Of a stretch of DNA of 64,000 bases, positions 1 through 9,246 are shown piece after piece. This DNA comes from an uncultured virus (IMG/VR IMGVR_UViG_3300020577_011874). Taxonomy: Duplodnaviria > Heunggongvirae > Uroviricota > Caudoviricetes. The stretch lies in the IMG/VR virus record IMGVR_UViG_3300020577_011874; one strand, written 5' to 3'. Position numbers and translations under genes: made by a program. The notes under the pieces are model-generated. The model did no database searches. It was not told where the DNA came from and worked only from the letters and a program-made list of their open reading frames with translations. Position 1 is the stretch's first letter, and the number at the start of each line of letters is the position of its first letter.

Positions 1-1676
1 CTGGTGACGTGCTCAAATTGAGCGCCCCAGTACAGCAATGGATTCACTTGCAACTTTGCGCCGGTTCCCTGAGTGATATTAGAACGTAGAGGAAGAGGCG
101 GTTGCTTGACACGATCCCAAACTGTTGAGTCTGTCAATACTGAACTGGTGACGTGTGATAGCGGCGCCGTACCGTTGGTTGCTAGGTGATAAACACCGCG
201 GACGCCAACAGGCAGAGCACTCGGATCAACTTCGCCACTGTCAACCGCAGGATCAACTTCGATTCGAATGTAGTTGGACTGATTTGGATAATTGCCATCA
301 ATGACAAGTTTTTGAGCCGTGGGTGCACGGTCAAAGTCAAAGAATGCATTCTGATCACCAATGACTTTCGCAATATAGCGATCATCGCTTGGGTTCAATG
401 TCAATCCTCTCCATTGTTCGAGGTAAACAGGAGTTCCATCGACATCATCCCAATCACGAACGACTAGGTCGAATGTTGGATAGAGATTTGCTGGGTCTGT
501 CGATAGAACGATGTTCTCGATAGAGAGTTTGTAAAGTGTGGATACGTCTTTACCGTCGTCCAACGCATGAACCTTGAAAAGGTTTTGTGCACGACCACCG
601 AATTTTTGGCTGATGACCCATGGGCTCTTAGCATGAGTGAAGCGATCTTTGAAGTATTCAAAGTTTGCAACAGTTGAACTACCAACGTTGCGTCCCAAAG
701 AAGCCGTGACCAAGAAGGCTGAAAGTTCTTTACCTGGGCTATAGCTGCCAGAACTTCCCGCGGTTGAACCACCTGCTCCAAATGCAGTACCCAAGATACC
801 AGTACCGGTGACCACTGCAGTTGCGGGATGAATATCCCAACCTGCATAGACATAGTGACCGGTTTGCTGAAGTTTCAGAGGGTCGGTGTTGAGAACATTC
901 TTGAAGTAGTTCGGAGACGTCATATCGAACGAAGCCGTGATGACGTTCGGATATAGAGAATCTCTTCCTTGATGACCATTTAGCAACAACACGAAATCTT
1001 GCTTAGCCAAACTGCCTTGGAAGAGAACCACGGAGCCCAACATCGATCCGTTGCTGTCGCTTCCCAATCCAGTGGATGTAGGAGCAACGCTTGGAGCCGC
1101 AGTAGATGATAGCGTCAAAACAACTCCCGACGCGGCCATTATGACACCGCGGAGAACTGGTTGCGCATTTGATCCACTCATTAGGCCGGCGTCTGTAAAG
1201 AGCGTCGAACCCGCAGACTGCGACATAAAGCAACCCAAGAAGTAAGTTCGACCCGTAGGTGAAGCACCTTGACCGGCAGAACCTGTTGGATTAGCATATG
1301 GATTTGAAGTCAAACTACCAGCGAGATCAACACTAGGTTGCTGCTCGCCAACAATGAAACCACCTTCATTGACGATACCCGTTGAAGTATTACGGGCCTT
1401 TCCATCACCGACTCCGAGAACGCGAAGATAAGTTAGTGCCTGCGCATTACGCAACCACTCGGATACCGCTAGCGGCCCAAACTTTTCTCCATCGGTCGGA
1501 CCGAACTTTGCCTCAAAGTCAGACATTAGACCGACCGTGATCGGAACGAAAGCCGGACCTTTCAACGCGGTACCCACAACACCTGCAGGAACACCAACTG
1601 GTGCCTGCGCTACAGGTCCTGAGAGATCAATCTCCCTTGCCGAAACACCTGCTGCTCCAAATTTAAGCTGCGCCAT
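1..1676 (-). CDS. Tail sheath protein 2 (gp18-like), partial: runs off the left edge
   Basis: Not in the ORF track (no stop found in the part I translated). ATG at 1676 gives MAQLKFGAAGVSAREIDLSGPVAQAPVGVPAGVVGTALKGPAFVPITVG..., clearly paralogous to the N-terminus of the 1741..4773 sheath. Confidence 0.88.
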   Translation of the reverse strand, partial: MAQLKFGAAGVSAREIDLSGPVAQAPVGVPAGVVGTALKGPAFVPITVGLMSDFEAKFGPTDGEKFGPLAVSEWLRNAQALTYLRVLGVGDGKARNTSTGIVNEGGFIVGEQQPSVDLAGSLTSNPYANPTGSAGQGASPTGRTYFLGCFMSQSAGSTLFTDAGLMSGSNAQPVLRGVIMAASGVVLTLSSTAAPSVAPTSTGLGSDSNGSMLGSVVLFQGSLAKQDFVLLLNGHQGRDSLYPNVITASFDMTSPNYFKNVLNTDPLKLQQTGHYVYAGWDIHPATAVVTGTGILGTAFGAGGSTAGSSGSYSPGKELSAFLVTASLGRNVGSSTVANFEYFKDRFTHAKSPWVISQKFGGRAQNLFKVHALDDGKDVSTLYKLSIENIVLSTDPANLYPTFDLVVRDWDDVDGTPVYLEQWRGLTLNPSDDRYIAKVIGDQNAFFDFDRAPTAQKLVIDGNYPNQSNYIRIEVDPAVDSGEVDPSALPVGVRGVYHLATNGTAPLSHVTSSVLTDSTVWDRVKQPPLPLRSNITQGTGAKLQVNPLLYWGAQFEHVT

Positions 1677-1695
1677 GCTTATTCTGCCTCGTGTC

Positions 1696-1702
1696 TAACT
1701 AT
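1696..1702 (-). promoter_or_regulatory. Putative late promoter motif ATAGTTA
   Basis: Recurring (A/C)TA(C/G/T)TTA motif, 20 nt upstream of the sheath 2 start. Confidence 0.6.
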
Positions 1703-1740
1703 TCTGTCGTCGACGCTTTCACGTAGACATGAAGTTATCA

Positions 1741-4700
1741 TCAAATGAACTGAACTCCGGAGTTCGTTATGATGAAATCAACTGCAATGAATTCAATGAC
1801 TCTGGTCGGAACAACTACGATACGACCGTTGAGACGATTTTGATCAATGTCAGTTTGTGTATTGTTTGTCTCGTTACAGACAACCTGGAAGGCTTCGATG
1901 CCCGCCTGTGCCTGAATGAGACCGAGTTGAAGAACGGCTTCCGCAACAAATTTATTGCGAATATCCGGTGTGTTCTGTTCAAATTCCAATTTAAGAGCGA
2001 TTGAAGAAATGATACGCTTGACTTCAAGTAGAAGACGGCGCACGTTGACCCTGTCGAGTGCTGAATTTTTAATCTGTAGGGTCTTCTGTCCAAAGATGAC
2101 GAAGCCCTGTCGAGGGAACGTCGCAATCGGATTGATACGGCTATCGTACAGACGGTCTCTGTCACGTGAGCTGAGGCGTACTTCGACATTGTTGACAAAG
2201 TCAAGAGCCGCTCGATTGAAACCAGCAGGAGCAAACCATGGATATCCTACTCGATCATTGAAACCGAGGGCACCAAGAGCTGCAATTGATGCTGGAACCT
2301 TGACACGACGTTTGTTCGTTGCGTCATCAATGTATACGTCAGGGAAGTACGTACCGACATAGTTGTTGTCGATTGCACGTGTATCCATGGCCGTTGCTGT
2401 CTGGTCAACGTCTGGTCGAGTCAGTGATCCTGCTGAGCCAGTTGTATCATCAAACAAACGTGTGCCAGTATCATCATACTTTGCTACGTCCATGATGTAG
2501 TAAGCAAGACCGTAGTTTCTGACCATTTGACCAGCATAATCAGTGATGAAAGGCTCACGAATGCCAGGAATAACCAGCATGTTGTGATTGACTTGCATCG
2601 GATCGGTCATGATGTTGATGGCCGACATGTAAGATGCCACTGTCGCATTCGCCTGACCCGCTCCGCTTTGTGCAGAAGAGAATCCTTGAGGAATAAACGA
2701 TGACTCAGCTTGACCGCCTAGGTCAAAGCTTGTTGCCTTATCATTCATACGACGAGAATTAGGATCAAGAATATTGACGCCATCAAAACCACCAGCCATG
2801 AAGGTGGTGAATTTGAGATATGGTCCAAATCGATTGAACGATGCGGCCGTTCCTCTTCCGAGGATTGATGCAAACGTTACACGATTGCCCAAAACTGTGT
2901 CAGAAATAGTGTACTGACTGCTGTCAATACGACCATTGCGGATGTATGCTGCTTCACGCATGTGAGCATCAATTGAACCGGTTAGATCACTTAAGCTCGT
3001 GTTGGAGAAGGCGACCTTGGCCAACGTAAACTTATTGTTGTTCAACGTATCTGCCGATGAACCGGTAACTAACACATCAAGCTTTTCAATGCCTTGGAAC
3101 TTGGTGTATGCACCAAGCAATTCATTTTGCAAAGTTTGAAGATTAGGATCTGAACCCAAGTTGTTTCGCTCAAACTTGACGCCCCAATAGTAAAGAGGAA
3201 CAGAGAGTTCAGTGACGCCCGGCTCTCCAAACCAAAGCGAACTATCACGTTCACCTTTGGTTACTTTTGTTCGAAGAGGAACCGGAGGTACGATTGCGCC
3301 GCTCAGTGATTGTGCTGAACCCGTGAGGATACCGGCAATACGAATCACTGTTCCAGTTTGAGCAGTGTCAGTCAGACTGTCATTGGTCTTCAATACCGAA
3401 GCGCCGCGGAAACCAAAGGGCAAACACTGTTGAGGAACGAGTCCAGAATCAACTTTTGGATTCATAACAACTCGAACTAGTGCCGAATTGTTTTGATACT
3501 TGCCAGCTGCGACAATGCGTCGCTCATTTGGATCAGTTGAGTCAAAGTTGAAATAAACTTTTCTGTCACCGATGACTTTAGCGACATAGTTTTCGTTCGT
3601 CGGATCAAGACTACAGTTGTTGAACTGCTCTAGAACTTTTGGACTGATGTCATTGTCGTTCCAGTCGCGAACCTGAACTGAGAATGTTCCATATGGATTT
3701 GCGGGATCAAGTGATGCCTTGATGTTGCTGATAGAAATCTTGTACAGCTTGTTTGCGTACTCACCATCATCAAGAGCTTCGATCGCAAAAAGATCATACT
3801 CAGTAGTACCAAAAGGTTGACTGATAAAGAACGTTGTCTTAGGCGTCTTGTACCTGGTGTCAAATGCGCCGAAGGCTGAACGATACTTTAGGCTAGCGTC
3901 GCCAGATGAAGGACTGACGTTATGCGAACCCGATAGAACGCCAACAGTCAAACTTGCAGCTGATGCCAACTCTGCGTCAACAGCAAAATCTGTATAGAGA
4001 AGATGTTGTGCGGCGTAGAATTTATCCGGATCAGTGTTGAGAACTTTGCCAAAATAATTGGTGGCGCTCGGATCCAAAGAAGCAGTGAAAATTCTAACGC
4101 CGGCATTACTGTCAGTGTTGAAAAAGCTATTGCCGCGTGAAGAAGAAATGATAAGTTTGAAATTACCAGCAGAGTCAGCAAGACCGTGATCTGGCAATTG
4201 CGCAATTCCAGACGTCAATGAACGATTATGATCAGTGACCTGCAAGCGTGCACCCGAAGCCATGAGGACAACTCCTCTGACAAGGCGAACAGTGCTGCCA
4301 TTGAATGAATCATTGTCTGTGAAATCAGCCTGACCGAATGCTTCACTCGTCTGCTTTGCGTGCTGGGCAACGATGAACTGAACGCCGCCCAAGGAGCCAG
4401 TCGCACCTACAGATGATTGAGTTACACCAGGAAGACTAAATCCTGCATTCAGAACACGACCTTGTTGTTGGGTCGTCTGCATGTGGGTGACAGTGCTGTT
4501 CGAACCAGCACCCAAGATTCTCATAAACGTTAGCGCTTGGCGATTTGCTAAGAACGCATTTGCGGCATAAGGTCCAAATCGCTTGGGATCAAGATTACCA
4601 AACGTGGCCACAAACTGGTCAAAGTTGCCAACCGTGACTGGAACGAAGGCCGGGCCTCGATTTGCTGTGCCGATGACGCCAGCCGGAACACCAACAGGCC

Positions 4701-4773
4701 CTTGAGGCGCGGGTGCTGACTGATCAATCTCACGATCAAAGAAATTTGGCGACCTGAAAGTCTGTTCGGGCAT
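1741..4773 (-). CDS. Tail sheath protein 1 (gp18-like), 1010 aa
   Basis: N-terminal SPNFFDREID...GTANRGPAFVP; C-terminal PWFAPAGFNR, LYDSRINPI, FGQKTL, LDRVNVRRLL, FEQN, VPTRVIEFI sheath motifs. Confidence 0.95.
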   Translation of the reverse strand: MPEQTFRSPNFFDREIDQSAPAPQGPVGVPAGVIGTANRGPAFVPVTVGNFDQFVATFGNLDPKRFGPYAANAFLANRQALTFMRILGAGSNSTVTHMQTTQQQGRVLNAGFSLPGVTQSSVGATGSLGGVQFIVAQHAKQTSEAFGQADFTDNDSFNGSTVRLVRGVVLMASGARLQVTDHNRSLTSGIAQLPDHGLADSAGNFKLIISSSRGNSFFNTDSNAGVRIFTASLDPSATNYFGKVLNTDPDKFYAAQHLLYTDFAVDAELASAASLTVGVLSGSHNVSPSSGDASLKYRSAFGAFDTRYKTPKTTFFISQPFGTTEYDLFAIEALDDGEYANKLYKISISNIKASLDPANPYGTFSVQVRDWNDNDISPKVLEQFNNCSLDPTNENYVAKVIGDRKVYFNFDSTDPNERRIVAAGKYQNNSALVRVVMNPKVDSGLVPQQCLPFGFRGASVLKTNDSLTDTAQTGTVIRIAGILTGSAQSLSGAIVPPVPLRTKVTKGERDSSLWFGEPGVTELSVPLYYWGVKFERNNLGSDPNLQTLQNELLGAYTKFQGIEKLDVLVTGSSADTLNNNKFTLAKVAFSNTSLSDLTGSIDAHMREAAYIRNGRIDSSQYTISDTVLGNRVTFASILGRGTAASFNRFGPYLKFTTFMAGGFDGVNILDPNSRRMNDKATSFDLGGQAESSFIPQGFSSAQSGAGQANATVASYMSAINIMTDPMQVNHNMLVIPGIREPFITDYAGQMVRNYGLAYYIMDVAKYDDTGTRLFDDTTGSAGSLTRPDVDQTATAMDTRAIDNNYVGTYFPDVYIDDATNKRRVKVPASIAALGALGFNDRVGYPWFAPAGFNRAALDFVNNVEVRLSSRDRDRLYDSRINPIATFPRQGFVIFGQKTLQIKNSALDRVNVRRLLLEVKRIISSIALKLEFEQNTPDIRNKFVAEAVLQLGLIQAQAGIEAFQVVCNETNNTQTDIDQNRLNGRIVVVPTRVIEFIAVDFIITNSGVQFI

Positions 4774-4806
4774 TACAGTACTCCTACTTGCGATGAATCG
4801 CAGACA

Positions 4807-4813
4807 TAAGTAG
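4807..4813 (-). promoter_or_regulatory. Putative late promoter motif CTACTTA
   Basis: Motif upstream of sheath 1. Confidence 0.55.
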
Positions 4814-4904
4814 GCTACGTATAGGGAAGGTACCTACGACAAATTGTCTTCACGTCAGTGACCGCGTTATTAACGAAAATTGAGGCACTCACGTAATCTG
4901 TGCA

Positions 4905-6122
4905 TTACTTGACGACGCCAAATGTAATGCCGCCAAGATCAAAGTCTGTTGAAAACACCATCTCACCCGTTGTTGGGTTGGTGTTCTTAACTTTAACGTA
5001 ACGTGTCACAGTCTGGCCTGAATTGTCTATGCCAGTAATAGTGATGTATCTACCAGGCTTGATGCCTCGAGGAAAATTTTTCATCGCTGGATCGTGTGGA
5101 TTTGCTTCACTGTCACGTGGATATAATCTCGTGTCATCAGTTCGACGTTGATCTTGACGTCTACTCAATTTTGAATCATTAGCGTTCAATGGCAACGTAG
5201 GATCATCAGATCCCAAGAAAGGATCCATGATTGATTCATCTGAGCCTCCAGTACTGACATCATCACCTCCGACTTGAAGTGAAAAATCAATCGATGGAGA
5301 TGAAACATAACGCTTTAAAGGTACTGGCGCGCCTGGGACCCTAGACGCAAAAATGTACCCGGGAACACTCATAGTGAATTTGTACTTGACAACTCTCTCA
5401 GATTGAGAAAAATCATCAGTGTTAGTGTCAGCAGTGTACGTATTTGAATCTACAGTCGCGACGAACCAATAACCTTTCGCCGTATCAAGTCGCCAGGAAT
5501 TTCCTTGAGGAAGCTGAGATGCAATGAGTTGCTCTAACAACTGGGTCATCTGAGACGTATACTGCGTCCAGAGCGTGAATTCATACACAGCAGTAAAGAA
5601 CTGAGGAGCTGGCACAACAATCGTCTCGAAGATATTGTTGTCGAGATTGGAGAGCATATTGAATGCCTGGTACTCATAGTTTGCAACTAGAGTGTTGTTG
5701 ACCAGATTTTGATAATTTCTATCTGTCTTGTCAAGTCGACGATGAATGACAATCTCACCTGTCTGTTGATTGATTCCTCGACCTGCGATATCTTTGTCAG
5801 AAGATTGCATGATCGTAGTTCGAACACAAGTAATCAACGGCAAGATCAACGAATTGTTTCTATCACGCAAAGCTCGAAGTTTCTTATTGAGTGCCCACTT
5901 CTCCCCAGCGAAAAAGATAACAGGCGGACGTTTCAAGCTTTCATTGCTGTTGATAGCAAATGGAATTTCTTCATTGAAAAGCTTGAACAAAGCTGCATCA
6001 ACATCTTCAATTCCAACAGCCGGAATTGTCAAATCATCGGGAGTCGACTGACTTTGGTAGCCTGACGGAAGTCCTGGTACATTAAAACGTGATTGTGACT
6101 TGGCGTTATAACGAGTTGCCAT
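4905..6122 (-). CDS. Putative tail completion/terminator protein (gp15-like)
   Basis: 405-aa ORF between neck genes and sheath; IEDVDAAL..PPVIFFAGEKW..LPLITCVRT and YEFTLWTQYTSQM segments fit tail-terminator proteins. Confidence 0.6.
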   Translation of the reverse strand: MATRYNAKSQSRFNVPGLPSGYQSQSTPDDLTIPAVGIEDVDAALFKLFNEEIPFAINSNESLKRPPVIFFAGEKWALNKKLRALRDRNNSLILPLITCVRTTIMQSSDKDIAGRGINQQTGEIVIHRRLDKTDRNYQNLVNNTLVANYEYQAFNMLSNLDNNIFETIVVPAPQFFTAVYEFTLWTQYTSQMTQLLEQLIASQLPQGNSWRLDTAKGYWFVATVDSNTYTADTNTDDFSQSERVVKYKFTMSVPGYIFASRVPGAPVPLKRYVSSPSIDFSLQVGGDDVSTGGSDESIMDPFLGSDDPTLPLNANDSKLSRRQDQRRTDDTRLYPRDSEANPHDPAMKNFPRGIKPGRYITITGIDNSGQTVTRYVKVKNTNPTTGEMVFSTDFDLGGITFGVVK

Positions 6123-6125
6123 CGA

Positions 6126-6800
6126 TCATTCACTTTCATCAAAAAACGCTGAGGCACCTGAATGTTCAGTGTCACCTCGTGGAGAGACTTCTTTTGCTCC
6201 CGTAATGGGTTTGTCAAGCACGGTTTCGACTTGTAGATTTCTAACGTCGCCAGTAGGACCATCAGCATTGGACTCTTGTCCACGTTGCTGATGAAATGTC
6301 GTTTGAACTGCATCAGATTCTGGTCTGCTGATATCGGTCGGTCCGATGACCTTTGCTTGAAATTGTGAATCGCGTGACTTGATTCCAGTCAACTTGATGC
6401 CATCTTTGTGCTCTGGCAAACCATAGATGTTCCGCATTATGACTTGATCAGTGACTTCATAAAAAATGTCACTAAAAGAAAAGTGATCACCGATTTGAAC
6501 ATCAATTCCTTTATCGACAAGGTCTCGATAGTGCAAGAAAACTTCAAGTTTGTACTGTTGATCGACACCAAATTGGCTAATCTTAGTTTCCTGTTGAAAA
6601 TGTGCATCAACTAACGCATCAAGTGCGATTGGTGCATCAAAAACCTTCACAGAAGATTCATTATAGACCCCATCAACTTTTGTCTTGTTTTCATTGATGG
6701 GGTAGTAGTAAATTTTTTGCCCGACAACGTCCTTGATCAACTCTTTAGTGATGTCACTGATGAAGTTCAATTCGCGTGGAGTGATGAAGAGTCGGCTCAT
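6126..6800 (-). CDS. Putative neck protein (gp14-like head closure)
   Basis: ELIKDVVGQKIYYYP..VYNE..FGVD..IGDHF..YEV pattern and position after the gp13-like gene. Confidence 0.65.
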   Translation of the reverse strand: MSRLFITPRELNFISDITKELIKDVVGQKIYYYPINENKTKVDGVYNESSVKVFDAPIALDALVDAHFQQETKISQFGVDQQYKLEVFLHYRDLVDKGIDVQIGDHFSFSDIFYEVTDQVIMRNIYGLPEHKDGIKLTGIKSRDSQFQAKVIGPTDISRPESDAVQTTFHQQRGQESNADGPTGDVRNLQVETVLDKPITGAKEVSPRGDTEHSGASAFFDESE

Positions 6801-6803
6801 AGT

Positions 6804-7985
6804 TCAACCAAAAATGATAGCTTTAGGCATTGGAACTAAGCGCAACTGTTTGAGCATGTTCTCTGCAATGGACGTCTGTGATTCAATCAATTTTTCATGT
6901 GTCAACTTATCTAGGAATTCCTTCAGATTGGTCAACAATTTTTCTTTGTCCTCACGTGCTTCACTGCGTAATGAATCACCGTTTAACTTCAAATCAGCAT
7001 TAGGAATTGGAATGGTGTCAAACTTGCTACGGACAATTCCCAACAGTTCTTTGCACAAGGCAAAATAGTATTGCCTGATCCACTGACGCCCTGGTTGGGA
7101 AATTGTGCTGTAGGGTAAGATGCTAAACGGTACGTTTTCAGGACCTGAAATACCAAAGATTGAATCATCTTGATACGCCGGATCAAATGGATTATGAGGA
7201 CCTGCTACCTTAACGTAAAGTCTTCCTGGCGTGTTGATGGAGTTGTAGTTCGTTGGAATTGGAAAAATTCGTAAGTTACTTCCGATGATTTGGTAACTGT
7301 AGTTGGACCTTCGTACACGAAAGGCTTCCTTCAACATACCACGACGTAATACGTCTTCAAACACCGGCAGTACGTAAAACACCGTGCTATTGACGTAAGA
7401 TTCATAATTGAAGTTAGTAGCTAAAAAGTTTGTGACATTACTAGCGTTGAGCAAAAAATTCTGTGCAGCCAAAGGTTCAAAGTGAAAAACTTCCAACAAT
7501 CGAAGTCTTCCTTTACTTCCCGATGGCATCAAATCAGAAACAAGAGACGTTGTTTGCGTAGCATCATAGAGATCAGTGTAGATGTTGTAATCTTGTTTGC
7601 CCGCCTCAAGATTGATGAAGCCCAACGTAGCATCATAATCTCCTCCCATACCAGCTGCTGTTGAATAAGCATCAGCCAGTCGCATCAAATAATCCATGGT
7701 GCGATGAGGATATTGGTTTGTCAAGTCAGTAGAGCCCGTTGGTTGGCCTAAGACGTTAACAAGTTCACTAACAATTTTCAATTCTTGAATGTGACGAGCG
7801 TACTCAAGACATGCCTCTTCAAAGCACGACCAAATTTGCTTAGGAGTCAATTCCACACTTAGAATGTCATCACCAAGCTTTCGCTTGACAAACACAATTG
7901 AACCATCTGCCTCTGCTTGAAAAGCAGCGTCAGAGTCAAAAAAACCAAACGGAGTAGGGTTGACTGTCTGATTGAAGTTCGGCAT
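6804..7985 (-). CDS. Putative neck protein (gp13-like head-tail adaptor)
   Basis: KRKLGDDILSVELT..CFEEA and WIRQYYFALCKELLGIVRSKF..IP..LNGDSL..EA motifs of gp13-like adaptors. Confidence 0.8.
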   Translation of the reverse strand: MPNFNQTVNPTPFGFFDSDAAFQAEADGSIVFVKRKLGDDILSVELTPKQIWSCFEEACLEYARHIQELKIVSELVNVLGQPTGSTDLTNQYPHRTMDYLMRLADAYSTAAGMGGDYDATLGFINLEAGKQDYNIYTDLYDATQTTSLVSDLMPSGSKGRLRLLEVFHFEPLAAQNFLLNASNVTNFLATNFNYESYVNSTVFYVLPVFEDVLRRGMLKEAFRVRRSNYSYQIIGSNLRIFPIPTNYNSINTPGRLYVKVAGPHNPFDPAYQDDSIFGISGPENVPFSILPYSTISQPGRQWIRQYYFALCKELLGIVRSKFDTIPIPNADLKLNGDSLRSEAREDKEKLLTNLKEFLDKLTHEKLIESQTSIAENMLKQLRLVPMPKAIIFG

Positions 7986-8003
7986 CTCGGGACCTTATGT
8001 CGA

Positions 8004-8010
8004 TAAGTAT
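8004..8010 (-). promoter_or_regulatory. Putative late promoter motif ATACTTA
   Basis: Motif 19 nt upstream of the neck operon start, followed by a TAAGGT SD-like sequence. Confidence 0.6.
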
Positions 8011-8042
8011 GGATCTGAATCTATGCTGAACTAAGAGGTCAC

Positions 8043-8429
8043 ATGCGATATCGAATTGGAGACGAACTCATCCTTAAAGTCGCAGATGACCACTGTGGAG
8101 CTACATATCGCTCAGAAAAAGTTCGCATCATTGGATTCAACGCTGAGTGCGAAGATCAGAGTGCTGAATATCTGGTCTACGTTCCACCATACAGTCACAT
8201 CAAAGATAGCTTCACTCTTTCAGCCGCCGATGCACGTTGGTACAATGTCGACACTCGTTTCATAGGAGATGACGTTGCATTCATCCGGGCTCGACATCCT
8301 CTTTATAAACACATTCCTGCGCCACAAGGGGAAACATGTGGCCGCTGTGGTGAATTTTTTGAGTGGGCAGAGAGAGTGGAAGATGGGCCTTTCATGTGCA
8401 GAGCATGCAAATTCGACCCATACCGTTAG
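8043..8429 (+). CDS. Hypothetical protein with C-terminal Zn-ribbon (CGRC...CRAC)
   Basis: 128-aa ORF filling a gap, GAGG SD, two CxxC pairs; the only plus-strand gene. Confidence 0.7.
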   Translation: MRYRIGDELILKVADDHCGATYRSEKVRIIGFNAECEDQSAEYLVYVPPYSHIKDSFTLSAADARWYNVDTRFIGDDVAFIRARHPLYKHIPAPQGETCGRCGEFFEWAERVEDGPFMCRACKFDPYR

Positions 8430-8752
8430 CGTCTTCTTTTAAGAGCCCGAAGCTTGTGTGCTGCAGGACTTCCAGCTCGGGCTCGAACCACTGGAACTGT
8501 ACGTATTCCGATGGTCTGTGATCCTTCTTCCATGCTAGGAAGTGACAACTCTACCGTTCGAACAGAGCTAATTCCTATCGGATCAATTCCTTGAATGTTA
8601 CGCAGCCTAGCGAATTCAATCCATTTCCAGTCTGTTGTGTGTGCAGGCACTTCAACAGTGTTAGGAGTGCCACCAAATCCTTGAGTGATCAGTCCGTCAC
8701 GCCCAGCAAGGCCCGTACTTGGACCTAAGCCTTTTGTAATGATGAGGTTCAT
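8426..8752 (-). CDS. Hypothetical protein (probable virion)
   Basis: TAATG-coupled to the upstream gene; IITKGLG/LITQGFG internal repeat. Confidence 0.7.
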   Translation of the reverse strand: MNLIITKGLGPSTGLAGRDGLITQGFGGTPNTVEVPAHTTDWKWIEFARLRNIQGIDPIGISSVRTVELSLPSMEEGSQTIGIRTVPVVRARAGSPAAHKLRALKRRR

Positions 8753-9234
8753 TAAGGCACCCTACGCTCAAAGACGCCATCCATCGTCGCATTTCCATTA
8801 CTGTCAAACAGATTAAACGTTGCGACGACCGTCGTATTGTCAGCCTTGTAGAAAATCATTTGATTGTTCAAGATTTTCCAACGACCGAAACTGATGTCAT
8901 ACAATGCTTCAATACTGCCAGTCACACTATTGACCATTGACCATGTGTCTGAAACACGTGGATCATTCGCTTGTACGTTCTGGGCCTCAATTGCAATAGA
9001 TGAAGAAAGATTACCTACAGCTGGACAATCCCACAAAATTTGTCCATTGAATCGATCTGGATATGTGACATTGGCGGCATAAGTGCCCGAGGCAATGTGA
9101 TAAACGCCTGTTGTTGTCCTGGGCGAAACAATCGCGCCAGCAGTATCCAACAACGTATATCCCACACCAGTCGAACCGGTAAGATCAGCTCGCCGACGAC
9201 CGAAACAAACGTTTTGTAAAAGTGTCAGTGGCAT
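8752..9234 (-). CDS. Hypothetical virion protein
   Basis: 160 aa; late motif ATACTTA at 9241..9247 immediately upstream. Confidence 0.75.
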   Translation of the reverse strand: MPLTLLQNVCFGRRRADLTGSTGVGYTLLDTAGAIVSPRTTTGVYHIASGTYAANVTYPDRFNGQILWDCPAVGNLSSSIAIEAQNVQANDPRVSDTWSMVNSVTGSIEALYDISFGRWKILNNQMIFYKADNTTVVATFNLFDSNGNATMDGVFERRVP

Positions 9235-9246
9235 CGTTGTTAAGTA

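Noticed and set aside
182..1245. Short ORFs in the track at 182-1245
   Set aside because: They are shadows of the open minus-strand sheath gene starting at 1676.
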